DNA of 64,000 bases, taken from Squalus acanthias (Eukaryota). The DNA lies in the NCBI GenBank assembly GCA_030390025.1, contig JASTWF010000123.1, positions 682,001 through 746,000 of the forward strand. The letters run 5' to 3'. Positions 12,053 to 25,404 of the stretch are shown here, piece by piece; the stretch's first letter is position 1; every line of letters begins with the position of its first letter. Made by a program: the position numbers and the translations under genes. Below the pieces are notes generated by a model. The model did no database searches. It had not been told where the DNA came from and saw only the letters and a list, made by a program, of their open reading frames with translations.

Positions 12053-13790
12053 GGGATTGATACAGGGCTATGGGGAGAGATTGGAGCAGTGGGATTAGTT
12101 TGGGATTGATACAGGGCTATGGGGAGAGAGTAGGGCAGTGGGATTAGTTTGGGATTGATACAGGGCTATGGGGAGAGAGTGGAGCAGTGGGATAAGTTTG
12201 GGATTGATATAGGGCTGTGGGGAGAGAGTGGAGCAGTGGGATTAGTTTGGGATTGATACAGGGCTATGGGGAGAGAGTGGAGCAGTGGGATTAGTTTGGG
12301 ATTGATACAGGGCTATGGGGAGAGAGTGGAGCAGTGGGATTAGTTTGGGATTGATACAGGGCTATGGGGAGAGAGTGGAGCAGTGGGATAAGTTTGGGAT
12401 TGATATAGGGCTGTGGGGAGAGCGTGGAGCAGTGGGATTAGTTTGGGATTGATACAGGGCTGTGGGGATAGAGTGGAGCAGTGGGATTAGTTTGGGATTG
12501 ATATAGGGCTGTGGGGAGAGAGTGGAGCAGTGGGAATAGTTTGGGATTGATGCAGGGCTATGTGGAGAGAGTGGAGCAGTGGGATTAGTTTGGGATTGAT
12601 ACAGGGCTGTGGGGATAGAGTGGAGTAGTGGGATTAGTTTGGGATTGATACAGGGCTATGGGGAGAGAGTGGAGCAGTGGGATTAGTTTGGGATTGATAC
12701 AGGGCTGTGGGGAGAGAGTACAGCAGTGGGATTAGTTTGGGATTGATACAGGGCTGTGGGGAGAGAGTGGAGCAGTGGGATTAGTTTGGGATTGATACAG
12801 GGCTGTGGGGAGAGAGTGGAGCAGTAGAATTAGTTCGGGATTGATACAGGGCTGTGGGGAGAGAGTGGAGCAGTGGGATTAGTTTGGGATTGATACAGGG
12901 CTGTGGGGATAGAGTGGAGTAGTGGGATTAGTTTGGGATTGATACAGGGCTGTGGGGAGAGAGTGGAGCAGTGGGATTAGTTTGGGATTGATACAGGGCT
13001 GTGGGGAGAGAGTGGAGCAGTAGGATTAGTTTGGGATTGATACAGGGCTGTGGGGAGAGAGTGGAGCAGTGGGATTAGTTTGGGATTGATACAGGGCTGT
13101 GGGGAGAGAGTGGAGCAGTGGGATTAGTTTGGGATTGATACAGGGCTGTGGGGAGAGAGTGGAGCAGTGGGATTAGTTTGGGATTGATACAGGGCTGTGG
13201 GGAGAGAGTGGAGCAGTGGGATTAGTTTGGGATTGATACAGGGCTATGGGGAGAGAGTGGAGCAGTGGGATTAGTTTGGGATTGATACAGGGCTATGGGG
13301 AGAGAGTGGAGCAGTGGGATTAGTTTGGGATTGATACAGGGCTGTGGGGAGAGAGTACAGCAGTGGGATTAGTTTGGGATTGATACAGGGCTGTGGGGAG
13401 AGAGTGGAGCAGTGGGATTAGTTTGGGATTGATACAGGGCTGTGGGCAGAGATTGGAGCAGTGGGATTAGTTTGGGATTGATACAGGGCTGTGGGGAGAG
13501 AGTGGAGCAGTGGGATTAGTTTGGGATTGATACAGGGCTATGGGGAGAGAGTGGAGCAGTGGGATTAGTTTGGGATTGATACAGGGCTGTGGGGAGAGAG
13601 TGGAGCAGTGGGATTAGTTTGGGATTGATACAGGGCTGTGGGGAGAGAGTGGAGCAGTGGGATTAGTTTGGGATCGATACAGGGCTGTGGGGAGAGCGTG
13701 GAGCAGTGGGATTAGTTTGGGATTGATACAGGGCTGTGGGGAGAGAGTGGAGCAGTGGGATTAGTTTGGGATTGATACAGGGCTATGGGG
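12053..13790 (+). repeat. 49-bp minisatellite
   Basis: Same unit as 369-2680. Confidence 0.97.
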
Positions 13791-13832
13791 AGGAGTATTT
13801 GCCAGAAGCCAAACCACAAGCAGCTGGTTCAT

Positions 13833-13866
13833 TGTAATAATAACCCATGGCCACTGGGTGGCAGTG
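13833..13866 (+). promoter_or_regulatory. CTCF-like site
   Basis: TGGCCACTGGGTGGCAGTG core with upstream TGTAAT. Confidence 0.4.
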
Positions 13867-14309
13867 CAACTGCACCAGATGTAGAGGGGCTGCTGGGAAT
13901 GTCAGTGAAATTGCAGCACAGGTCGATCCCACAGATCTGAGCCAGTGGGAGTTCTTCAACTGAGTCTGTCTGCCTCTAAAAGGTTTGGGCAGGGAATGGC
14001 TTAAACAGTTAGTACCTCATTGACAGTGAAGAGCTTTCGAACATCCATAGGATGTTAAAGGCATTTAATAAATATCTCCCTCTGTCTCTCTCTCTCTCTG
14101 TCTCTTTCTCTCACACTCTCAGTTTCACTCTGTTCCTTACTCTCACTCTCTCTCTCTCTCCTGCTGCCTCTGTCACTCTCTCTGGCTCTCCATGTTTCTC
14201 TCTGTGTCTGTCTGTCTCTCTCTCTCTGTCTCTGTCACTCTCCCTCTCTCTCCCTCACTCACTCTCCCTCTCTCTTTCTCTCCCTCTCTCCCTTTCTTTG
14301 ACTCTCTTA

Positions 14310-14475
14310 GGCTGGCAGGAGGGTGTAAGATGGCGGGAGGGTAAGATGGCGGGAGGGTAAGATGGCGGGAGGGTAAGATGGCTTGAGGGTAAAATGGTGG
14401 GTGGGTAAGATGGCGGGAGGGTAAGGTACGGGAGAGTAAGGTACGGGAGGGTAAGATTGCAGGAGGGTAAGATGA
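14310..14475 (+). repeat. Short, unexpanded 16-bp minisatellite
   Basis: About 10 GGGAGGGTAAGATGGC-like units. Confidence 0.9.
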
Positions 14476-14761
14476 CGTCCTCCTCCTTTAAGACGCTCCT
14501 TAAAACCTCCCTCTTTGACCAAGCTTTTGGTCATCTGTCCTTTTGTAGCTCAGTGCCAAATTTTGTTTGATATCGCTCCTGTAAAGCGCCTTGGGACGTT
14601 TTACTGCATTAAAGGTGCTGTATAAAAGAGAGAGAAAAAGAGCAAATAGAGAGTGAGGGACGATAGAGTGAGACAGAGAGAATGGAGAGATAGAATAGAA
14701 AGAGATTGAAAGATATATATAGAGAGAGACAGAAATAGAGTTTGCTCACAGTCACGGGGTA

Positions 14762-15342
14762 TGCCCAGGTATGTGCTGTCCAGTTCACAAAAAGCAGGAC
14801 AAATCTAATCCAGCCAATTACCGCCCCATCAGTCTACTCTCAATCATCAGCAAAGTGATGGAAGGTGTCGTCGACAGTGCAGTCAAACAGCACTTACCAA
14901 TAACCTGCTCACTGATGCCCAGTTTGGGTTCCGTCAGGACCACTCTGCTCCAGACCTCATGACAGCCTTGGTCCAAGCATGAACAAAAGAGCTGAAGTCC
15001 AGAGGTGAGGTGAGAGTGACTGCCCTTGACATCAAGGCAGCATTTGACCGAGTGTGGCATCAAAGAGCCCTGGTAAAACTGAAGTCAATGGGCATCGGGG
15101 GGAAAACTCTCCAATGGCTGGAGTCATACCAAGCACAAAGGAAGATGGTTGTGGTGGTTGGAGGTCAATCATCACAGCCCCAGGACATCGCTGCAGGAGT
15201 TCTTCAGGGCAGTGTCCTAGGCCCAACCATCTTCAGCTGCTTCATCAATGACCTTCCCTCCAACATAAGGTCAGAAGTGGGGATGTTCGCTGATGATTGC
15301 ACAGTGCTCAGTGCCATTCACAACTCCTCAGATAATGAAGCA
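14762..15342 (+). mobile_element. Decayed LINE RT fragment (empty-site paralog of 6047-8603)
   Basis: NYRPISLLS..ALDIKAAFDRVWH..QGSVLGPTIF..MFADD. Confidence 0.87.
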
Positions 15343-15514
15343 GTATCCCTCAATATCTTTTCCTTGGGTGTATACCTCTAATGACGGTGCTGGTGGCGGG
15401 TGGGGAGGGTTCCCTCTTACATGCGACTACGAATCCCTCCCAATGTCTGGTCCTGGGATATATTCCCCAATGACTGTACTTCGGGGGATTCCATCGTGCA
15501 GGCGACTCGGAATC

Positions 15515-16678
15515 TCAACAACAACAACTTATATTTATATAGCGCCTTTAATGTAAAAAAAGTCCCAAGGCGCTTCACAGGAGTGTTCGCAAAAATAAAT
15601 TTGACACCGAGGCATATAAGGAGATGTTAGGGCAGATGACCAAAAGCTTGGTAAAGTGGTAGGTTGTAAGGAGAGTCTTAAAGGATGAAAGAGAAGTAGA
15701 GAGACGGAGAGATTTAGGGAGGGAATTCCCGAGCTAAGGGCCCAGGCAGCTGAAGGCACGACCACCAATGGTGGAGCATTTAAAATCGGGGATGTTCAAA
15801 AGTCCAGAATAGGTGGAGCACAGAGGTCTCGGGGGATTATAGGGCTGGAGGAGATTACAGAGAAAAGGAGGGGTGAGGCCATGGAGGGATTTGAAAACAA
15901 GGATGTGAATTTTAAAATCGAGGCGTTGCTTAACTGGGAGCCAATGCAGGTCAGCAAGCACAGGGAAGATGGGTTAGCAGGACTTGGTGCGAGTTTGCAC
16001 AGGGGCAGCAGAGTTTTGGATGACCTCAAATTTATGGAGGATAGAACTAGGGAGGCCGGCCAGGAGTGCATTGGAATAGTTAAGTCTAGAGATGATAAAG
16101 GCATGGATGAGGGTTTCAGCAGCAGATACTTTGAGGACGGGCGATATCACGAAGGTGGAAATTGGCAGTCTTAGTGATAGAACGATATGAGTAAGAAGCT
16201 CAATTCGTGATGAAATATGACACCAAGGTTGCGAACAGACTTGGTCAGCCTTAGACATTTGTTGGGCAGAGAGATCGAATCAGTGGAAAGGGAATGGAGT
16301 CTTCCCGATATTTAATTGGAGGAAATTTTTATTCATCCAGTGCTGGATGTTGGACAAGCAGTCTGATAGTATAGAGATGGTGGAGGGTTCAAAAGAGGTG
16401 GAGGAGAGGTAGAGCTGGGTATCAGCAGCGGACATGTGAGAACTCACGCTGTGTTTTCGGATGATGTCACCGAGGGGCAACATGTAGATGAGAAATAGGA
16501 GGGGGCCAAGGATAGATCCTTGGGGGACACCAGAGGTGACAATGCGGGATCGGGAAGAGAAGCCATTGCAGATGATTCTATGGTTACGGTTCGAGAGATA
16601 GGAATTAAACCAGGCAAGTGCAGTCCCATCCAGCTTGACGACGGTGGAGAGGCGTTGGAGCAGAATTTTGTGGTCAAT
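15515..16678 (-). mobile_element. L2 LINE 3' fragment
   Basis: DHKILLQRL..SGVPQGSILGPLLFLIYMLPLG, LADLHWLPVKQRLDFK; (GTT)n tail. Confidence 0.88.
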
Positions 16679-17239
16679 CTCCCCCAATATTTGGTCCTGG
16701 GGTGTATTCCCTCAAATACTGTACGAGAGGGATTCCCTCACACATGGGACTGGGAAACTCCCCAAATATCAGATCCTGGGGTGTATTCCCCACAATATCT
16801 AGTCCTATTGTGTATTCCTCCAATGACTATACTGAGGTGATTCCCTTATGCATGAGACAGGGAGTCTCCCTCAATTACCCCCCAATGACTGTACCTCGAG
16901 GGCTTCCCCTCATACATGGGACTGTGAATCCCAACCCCCTCCCCAATATCTTGTCCTGGAGCGTATTGCCCCAATAAATTTGCTTGTAGGAGAATAACCT
17001 CATACATGCAAATGGGAACCTTCTCCAATATCTGGTCCTGGATTTATTCCCCCAATATTTGGTCCTGGTGTGTATTCCCCCAATGACTGTCCCTCGAGCG
17101 TTTCCCTCATATGTGGGATATAAAATTCCACCACCCACCCCCGCACCCCCTCCCCCCGCCGCAATATTGCATCCTGGGATGTATTCCACCACTGAATGTG
17201 CTTGTGGGTGAATTCCCTCATACATGCAGCTGGGAACCT

Positions 17240-19873
17240 CCCTCAATATCTGGTCCTCGGGTGTATCCTCAGTGTATCTAATCCTCGCGTGTATTCCCCC
17301 AGTATCTGCTCCTCGCGTGTATTCTCCCAGTATCTGGTCCTCGCGTGCATCCCCCAGTATCTGGTCCTCGCGTGTATTCCCCCAGTATCTGGTCCTGGTG
17401 TGTATTCCACCAGTATCTGGTCCTGGTGTGTATTCCTCCAGTATCTGGTTCTGGGTTGTATTCCCGGTATCTGGTCCTGGGTTGTATTCCCCCAGTATCT
17501 GGTCCTGTTGTGTTTTCCCCCAGCACCTGGTCCCAGTGTGTATTCCCCCAGTATCTGGTCCTGGTGTGTATTCCCCCAGTATCTGGTCCTAGGGTGTATT
17601 CCCTCAATACCTGGTCCTGGTGTGTTTTTCCCCAGTATCTGGTCCTGGGTTGTATTCCTCCAGTATCTGGTCCTGGTATGTATTCCCCCAATATCTGTTC
17701 CTGGGGTGTATTCCCTCAATACCTGGTCCTGGTGTGTATCCACCAGTATCTGGTCCTGGTGTGTTTTTCCCCAGTATCTGGTCCTGGGTTGTATTCCCCC
17801 AATATCTGGTCCTGGTGTGTATTCCCCCAGTACCTGGTCCTGCGGTGTATTCCCCCAATATCTGGTCCTGGTGTGTATTTCCCCAGTATCAGGTCCTGGT
17901 GTGTATTCCCCCAATATCTGGTCCTGGTGTGTATTCCCCCAATATCTGGTCCTGGGTTGTATTCCCCCAATATCTGGTCCTGCGGTGTATTCCCCCAATA
18001 TCTGGTCCTGGTGTGTATTTCCCCAGTATCAGGTCCTGGTGTGTATTCCCCCAATATCTGGTCCTGGTGTGTATTCCCCCAGTATCTGGTCCTGGGTTGT
18101 ATTCCTCCAATATCTGGTCCTGGTGTGTATTCCCCCAGTATCTGGTCCTGGTGTGTATTCCTCCAGTATCTGGTCCTGGGGTGTATTCCCCCAGTATCTG
18201 TTCCTGGGGTGTATTCCCGCAGTATCTGGTCCTGGGGTGTATTCCCCCAGTATCTGTTCCTGGGGTGTATTCCTCCAGTATCTGGTCCTGGGGTGTATTC
18301 CCCCAGTATCTGGTCCTGGGGTGTATTCCCCCAGTATCTGGTCCTCGGGTGTATTCCGTCAATACCTGGTCCTGGTGTGTATTTCCCTAGTATCTGGTCC
18401 TCGGTTGTATTCCTCCAGTATCTGGTCCTGGGGTGTATTCCCCCAATATCTGGTCCTGGGGTGTTTTTCCCCAGTATCTGGTCCTGGGTTGTATTCCCCC
18501 AATATCTGTTCCTGGGGTGTATTCCCCCAGTATCTGGTCCTGGTGTGCATTTCCCCAGTATCTGGTCCTGGGTTGTATTCCCCCAATATCTGGTCCTGGT
18601 GGGTATTCCCCCAGTATCTGGTCCTGGTGTGTATTCCCCCAATATCTGGTCCTGCGGTGTATTCCCCCAATATCTGGTCCTGGTGTGTATTCCCCCAGTA
18701 TCAGGTCCTGGTGTGTATTCCCCCAATATCCGGTCCTGGTGTGTATTCCCCCAATATCTGGTCCTGGGGTGTATTCCCCCAATATCTGGTCCTGGTGTGT
18801 ATTCCCCCAGTATCAGGTCCTGGGGTGTTTTCCCCAATATCTGGTCCTGGTGTGTATTCCCCCGGTATCAGGTCCTGGTGTGTATTCCCCCAGTATCAGG
18901 GCCTGGGGTGTATTCCACAGTATCTTGTCCTGGGGTGTTTTCCCCAGTACCTGGTCCTGGTGTCTATTCCCCCAGTACCTGGTCCTGGTGTGTATTCCCC
19001 CAATACCTGGTCCTGGTGTGTATTCCTCCAATATCTGGTCCTGGGTTGCATTCCCCCAGTACCTGGTCCTGGTGTGTATTCCCCCAGTATCTGGTCCTGG
19101 TGTGTATTCCCCCAGTATCTGGTCCTAGGGTGTATTCCCTCAATACCTGGTCCTGGTGTGTTTTTCCCCAGTATCTGTTTCTGGGTTGTAGTCCTCCAGT
19201 ATCTGGTCCTGGTATGTATTCCCCCAATATCTGTTCCTGGGGTGTATTCCCTCAATACCTGGTCCTGGTGTGTATTCCCCCAATATCTGGTCCTGGTGTG
19301 TATTCCCCCAGTATCTGGTCCTGGGTTGTATTCCTCCAATATCTGGTCCTGGTGTGTATTCCCCGAGTTCCTGGTGCTGGTGTGTATTCCCCCAGTATCA
19401 GGTCCTGGTGTGTTTTCCCCAATATCTGGTCCTGGTGTGTATTCCCCCAGTATCTGTTCCTGGGGTGTATTCCCCAATATCTGTTCCTGGGGTGTATTCC
19501 CCCAGTATCTGGTCCTGGTGTGTATTCCCCCAGTATCAGGTCCTGGGGTGTATTCCCCAATATCTGGTCCTGGTGTGTATTGCCCCAGTATCAGGTCCTG
19601 GGGTGTATTCCCCAATATCTGCTCCTGGTGTGTATTCCCCAATATCTGGTCCTGGGTTTTATTCCCCCAATACCTGGTCCTGGTGTGTATTCCCCCAGTA
19701 TCTGGTCCTGGGTTGTATTCCTCCAATATCTGGTCCTGGGTTGTATTCCCCCAGTATCTGGTCCTGGGTTGTATTCCCCCAGTATCTGGTCCTGGGGTGT
19801 ATTCCTCCAATATCTGTTCCTGGGGTTTATTCCTCCAATATCTGATCCTGGTGTGTATTCCCCCAGTATCTGG
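17240..19873 (+). repeat. 28-bp minisatellite
   Basis: Same unit as 10420-11680; degenerate flank from ~16680. Confidence 0.97.
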
Positions 19874-19874
19874 T

Positions 19875-20240
19875 AATAGAAACATAGAATCTAGGAGCAG
19901 GAGTAGGCCATTCGGCCCATCGAGCCTGCTCCACCATTCAATATGATCATGGCTGATCATCCAAATCCAGTACCCTGTCCCTGCTTTAATCCCCACAGTA
20001 CACATATCCCACCCTACCCCCGTAACCCCACGTATTTAATTCCCCCCTAACACTAAGGGTCAATTTATCATAGCCAAATCAACCTAACCCGCACATTTTT
20101 GGACTGTGGGAGGAAACCGGAGCACCCGGAGGAAACCCACGCAGACACGGGGAGAATGTGCAAACTCCACACAGACAGTCACCCGAGGTCAGATTCGAAC
20201 CCGGGTCCCTGGCGCTGTGAGGCACCAGTGCTAACCACTA
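19875..20240 (-). mobile_element. HE1-type (V-SINE) tRNA-derived SINE, nearly full length
   Basis: Minus strand: AGTGGTTAGCAC..GGGTTCGAATC boxes, V-domain GTGTGGAGTTTGCACATTCTCCCCGTGTCTGCGTGGGTTTCCTCCGGGTGCTCCGG, and a CR1-like tail. Confidence 0.88.
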
Positions 20241-20354
20241 TGAGGTACTGGTGTGTATTCCTCCAATATCTGGTCCTGGGGTGTATTCCCCCAATATCTG
20301 GTCCTGGGGTGTATTCCCGCAATCTCTGTTTCTGGGGTGTATTCCCACAATATC

Positions 20355-21821
20355 TGAAGAGACTCAGATCAAACTGTCACAGGGGGAGAGTGAAGAGACT
20401 CAGATCAAACTGTCAGGACGGAGAGTGAAGAGACTCAGATCAAACTATCAGGACGGAGAGTGAAGAGACTCAGATCAAACTGTCACAGGACGGAGAGTGA
20501 AGAGACTCAGATCAAACTGTCACAGGACGGAGAGTGAAGAGACTCAGATCAAACTGTCAGGACGGAGAGTGAAGAGACTCAGATCAAACTGTCAGGACGG
20601 AGAGTGAAGAGACTCAGATCAAACTGTCAGGACGGAGTGAAGAGACTCAGATCAAAATATCAGGACGGAGAGTGAAGAGACTCAGATCAAACTGTCAGGA
20701 CGGAGAGTGAAGAGACTCAGATCAAACTGTCACAGGACGGAGAGTGAAGAGACTCAGATCAAACTGTCAGGACGGAGAGTGAAGAGACTCAGATCAAACT
20801 GTCACAGGACGGAGAGTGAAGAGACTCAGATCAAACTGTCAGGACGGAGAGTGAAGAGACTCAGATCAAACTGTCACAGGACGGAGAGTGAAGAGACTCA
20901 GATCAAACTGTCACAGGACGGAGAGTGAAGAGACTCAGATCAAACTGTCACAGGACGGAGAGTGAAGAGACTCAGATCAAACTGTCAGGACGGAGTGAAG
21001 AGACTCAGATCAAACTGTCAGGACGGAGAGTGAAGAGACTCAGATCAAACTGTCACAGGACGGAGAGTGAAGAGACTCAGATCAAACTGTCAGGACGGAG
21101 AGTGAAGAGACTCAGATCAAGCTGTCACAGGACGAAGAGTGAAGAGACTCAGATCAAACTGTCAGGACGGAGAGTGAAGAGACTCAGATCAAACTGTCAC
21201 AGGACGGAGTGAAGAGACTCAGATCAAACTGTCACAGGGGGAGAGTGAAGAGACTCAGATCAAACTGTCAGGACGGAGAGTGAAGAGACTCAGATCAAAC
21301 TGTCAGGACGGAGAGTGAAGAGACTCAGATCAAACTCACAGGACGGAGAGTGAAGAGACTCAGATCAAACTGTCAGGACGGAGAGTGAAGAGACTCAGAT
21401 CAAACTGTCAGGACGGAGTGAGGAGACTCAGATCAAACTGTCAGGACGGAGAGTGAAGAGACTCAGATCAAACTGTCAGGACGGAGTGAAGAGACTCAGA
21501 TCAAACTGTCAGGACGGAGAGTGAAGATACTCAGATCAAACTGTCAGGACGGAGTGTGAAGAGACTCAGATCAAACTGTCAGGACGGAGAGTGAAGAGAC
21601 TCAGATCAAACTGTCAGGACGGAGTGAAGAGACTCAGATCAAACTGTCAGGACCGAGTGAAGAGACTCAGATCAAACTGTCACAGGACAGAGTGAAGAGA
21701 CTCAGATCAAACTGTCACAGGACGGAGTGAGGAGACTCAGATCAAACTGTCAGGACGGAGTGAAGAGACTCAGATCAAACTGTCAGGACGGAGTGAAGAG
21801 ACTCAGATCAAACTGTCACAG
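20355..21821 (+). repeat. 35-bp (33-37 bp) minisatellite
   Basis: Unit GAAGAGACTCAGATCAAACTGTCA(CA)GGACGGA(GA)GT, about 42 copies. Confidence 0.97.
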
Positions 21822-21890
21822 AAGTGTATTGTTTTAATTTAAATTAATTAAAGGGTAAATAATATTAATAAATTTAATTAATTACATAGA

Positions 21891-22847
21891 ATGGGAGAGC
21901 AGGTGATGTGTTACTGCTGCAATATGTGGGAGCTGGTGGACACCATTGGTGTTCACGGTGATCACATTTGCAGCAAGTGTTGGCTGCTCGAGAAACTCCG
22001 GCTCCGTACTGATGAGCTGGAGTCCGAGCTTCAAACACTGCGACACATCAGGGAGGGGGAGAGTTACCTGGACTCTGTGTTCCAGGAGGTAGTCACACCA
22101 ATTAGATTAACTAATTCAGATGTAGCCCGTGATCAGGGACAGGAGGGTGTGACTACGAGTGAGGCAGGTACGGGGATCCAGGAGGTAGTGTTGGAGGAGC
22201 CGCAGCCCTTGCTCTTGTCCAACAGGTTCGAGGCTCTTACTCCCTGTGAGGACGGGATCAGGGACTGCAGGGAGGATGAGCAACCTGGCCACAGCACTGT
22301 GGTACGGGGAGCCATTCAAGTGGGGGGAGTAAAAAGAAATGTTGTAGTGGTAGGGGATAGTATCATTAAAGGGATAGATAGGGTTCTTTGCAGCCGAGAG
22401 CGAGAGTCCCGAAGGCTATGTTGCCTGCCCGGTGCCAGGGTTAAGGACATCTCCTCTGGGCTGGAGAGAAACTTGGAGTGGGAGGGGGAAGATCCAGTTG
22501 TCGTGGTCCATGTTGGTACCAATGACATAGATAGGACAAGGAATGAAGTTCTGCTGAGGGAGTATGAGCAGCTAGGGGCCAAATTAAAAAACAGAACCTC
22601 TAGGGTAGTAATCTCTGGATTACTACCTGAGCCACGAGCAAATTTGGCTAGGGTAAATAAAATCAGAGAGTTAAATGCGTGGCTCAAAGACTGGTGTGGG
22701 AGAAATGGGTTTTGCTTCCTGGGACACTGGCACCAGTACTGGGACAGGAGAGAGCTGTTCCGTTGGGACGGACTTCACTTGGCCAGTGCTGGGACTAGAG
22801 TCCTGGCAAATCGAATAACTAGGGCTGTAGAGAGGGCTTTAAACTAA
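21891..22847 (+). CDS. CR1 ORF1p: Cys-rich zinc finger/coiled coil plus SGNH esterase
   Basis: CYCC..CSKC, heptad segment, then VVVVGDSII, VHVGTND and DGLH motifs. Confidence 0.9.
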   Translation: MGEQVMCYCCNMWELVDTIGVHGDHICSKCWLLEKLRLRTDELESELQTLRHIREGESYLDSVFQEVVTPIRLTNSDVARDQGQEGVTTSEAGTGIQEVVLEEPQPLLLSNRFEALTPCEDGIRDCREDEQPGHSTVVRGAIQVGGVKRNVVVVGDSIIKGIDRVLCSRERESRRLCCLPGARVKDISSGLERNLEWEGEDPVVVVHVGTNDIDRTRNEVLLREYEQLGAKLKNRTSRVVISGLLPEPRANLARVNKIRELNAWLKDWCGRNGFCFLGHWHQYWDRRELFRWDGLHLASAGTRVLANRITRAVERALN

Positions 22848-22885
22848 TTAGTGGGGGGGAGGTTTCAAGAGAGCAAAAAATAAAA

Positions 22886-25404
22886 ATGTCAGCGGAGAAG
22901 GCAATAGAGCAAAGTAGCAGTGGGGTAATTAAAAACCAGAGCGTGTCAGGAAGGGACAGAATATATAAAGATAAAGGTAAAGTAGTAAAGGGGGTAAAAG
23001 CAGGAATAAATTGTCACAAAACATATTTAAAAGTTCTTTATCTGAATGCACGCAGCATTCGTAACAAAATAGACGAGTTGACGGTACAAATAACTACGTA
23101 TGGGTATGATCTTGTGGCCATTACAGAAACATGGCTGCAGGGTGACAACGACTGGGAATTAAATATGCCAGGGTATTTAACAATCAGGAAGGACAGGCAG
23201 GAAGGAAGAGGAGGTGGGGTAGCTATGTTAATAAAGGAAGGAATCACTGTATTACAGAGAAATGATATTGGGTCAAAGGATCAGGATAATGAAACAGTTT
23301 GGGTGGAGATAAGGAATAATAAGGGGAAAAAAACACTAGTGGGAGTAGTATATAGGCCTCCTAATAGTTGCAACTCTGCTGGAAGAAGTATTAATCAGGA
23401 AATAGTTGGGGCATGTAATAAGGGAACAGCTATAATTATGGGGGATTTTAACTATCATATTAACTGGACAAATCAAATTGGGCAGGGCAGCCTTGAGGAA
23501 GAGTTTATTGAGTGTATTAGGGATGGATTTCTTGAGCAGTATGTAACTAATCCTACAAGGGGGCAAGCAACCTTGGACCTGGTCCTGTGTAATGAGTCAG
23601 GATTAATTAATAATGTCCTAGTTAAGGATCCCCTTGGAATGAGTGACCATAACATGGTTGAATTCCATATCCAATTAGAGGGTGAGAAGGTTGGTTCTCA
23701 AACAAGCGTACTGAGCTTGAATAAAGGAGACTATGATGGTATGAGATTAAAGTGGACTGGGAAAATAGATTAAAGGGTAAGACGGTACATGAGCAGTGGT
23801 GTTCATTTAAGGAGTTATTTTACAACTTTCAAAAAATATATATTCCACTGAGGAAAAAAGGGTGTAAAAGAAATGACAGCCATCCGTGGCTAAGTAAAGA
23901 AATTAAGGATAGTATCCAACTAAAAACAAGGACATATAAGGTAGCCAAACTTAGTGGGAGGATAGAAGATTGGGAAGTCTTCAAAAGACAGCAAAAAGTA
24001 ACTAAAGGATTGATTAAGAAAGGGAAGATAGATTATGAAAATAAATTAGCAAAAAATATAAAAACAGATAGCAAGAGTTTCTATAGTTATATAAAAAGAA
24101 AAAGGGTGGCTAAGGCAAACGTAGGTCCCTTAGAGGATGAGACCGGGAAATTAATGGTGGGAAACATGGAGATGGCAAAAATGCTGAACAAATATTTTGT
24201 TTCAGTCTTTACGGTAGAGGACACTAAGAATATCCCAACACTGGACAAACAGGGGGCTCTAGGGGGGGAGGAGCTAAATACGATTAAAATCACTAAGGAA
24301 TTGGTACTCAGTAAAATAATGGGACTCAAGGCGGATAAATCCCCTGGACCTGATGGCTTACATCCTAGGGTCTTGAGGGAAGTGGCAGTAGGGATTGTGG
24401 ATGCTTTGGTAATAATTTTCCAAAATTCCCTGGACTCAGCAAAGGTCCCGGCAGATTGGAAAACTGCTAATGTAACACCCTTATTTAAAAAGGGTAGTAG
24501 GCAGAAGGCTGGAAATTATAGACCAGTTAGTCTAACATCTGTGGTGGGTAAAATTTTGGAGTCTATTATTAAGGAGACAGTAACGGAACATTTAGATAAA
24601 CATAATTTAATAGGACAAAGTCAGCATGGCTTTATGAAGGGGAAGTCATGTCTGACAAATTTGCTTGAGTTCTTTGAGGACATAACGTACAGGGTCGATA
24701 AAGGGGAACCAATGGACGTAGTGTATTTAGACTTCCAGAAGGCATTCGACAAGGTGCCACATAAAAGATTATTGCTCAAGATAAAAAATCACTGGATTGG
24801 GGGTAATATTCTGGCATGGGTGGAGGATTGGTTATCTAACAGGAAGCAGAGAGTTGGGATAAATGGTTCATTCTCGGACTGGCAACCAGTAGCCAGTGGT
24901 GTTCCGCAGGGGTCGGTGCTGGGTCCCCAACTCTTTACAATCTATATTAACGATTTGGAGGAGGGGACCGAGTGTAACATATCAAAGTTTGCAGATGATA
25001 CAAAGATGGGAGGGAAAGTAGAAAGTGAGGAGGACATAAAAAACCTACAAGGGGATATAGACAAGCTGGGTGAGTGGGCGGAGATTTGGCAGATGCAATA
25101 CAATATTGGAAAATGTGAGGTAATGCACTTTGGCAGGAAAAATCAGAGAGCAAGTTATTATCTTAATGGCGAGAAACTGGAAAGTACTGCAGTACAAAGG
25201 GATCTGGGGGTCCTAGTGCAAGAAAATCAAAAAGTTAGTATGCAGGTGCAGCAGGTGATCAAGAAGGCCAACGGAATGTTGGCGTTTATTGCTAAGGGGA
25301 TAGATTATAAAAACAGGGAGGTATTGCTCCAGTTATATAAGGTATTGGTGAGACCGCATCTGGAATACTGCATACAGTTTTGGTGTCCATACATCATTAA
25401 ATAA
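22886..25404 (+). pseudogene. CR1 ORF2 (endonuclease + RT), frameshifted and 3'-deleted
   Basis: YLNARSI, AITETWL, MGDFN, SDHN and KFADD motifs. Frame break near 23750; C-terminal deletion near 25392 relative to the copy at 33676-36737. Confidence 0.92.

Noticed and set aside
17196-19946. Long repetitive ORFs up to 916 aa (also 10-11.7 kb, 55-56 kb and 61-64 kb)
   Set aside because: The 28-bp unit lacks stops on both strands; there is no evidence of coding.
20170-20240. tRNA-like A/B boxes (also 28530-28600)
   Set aside because: SINE heads, not tRNA genes.
20355-21821. CRISPR-like 35-bp periodicity
   Set aside because: Head-to-tail repeats with no unique spacers or cas genes; vertebrate DNA.
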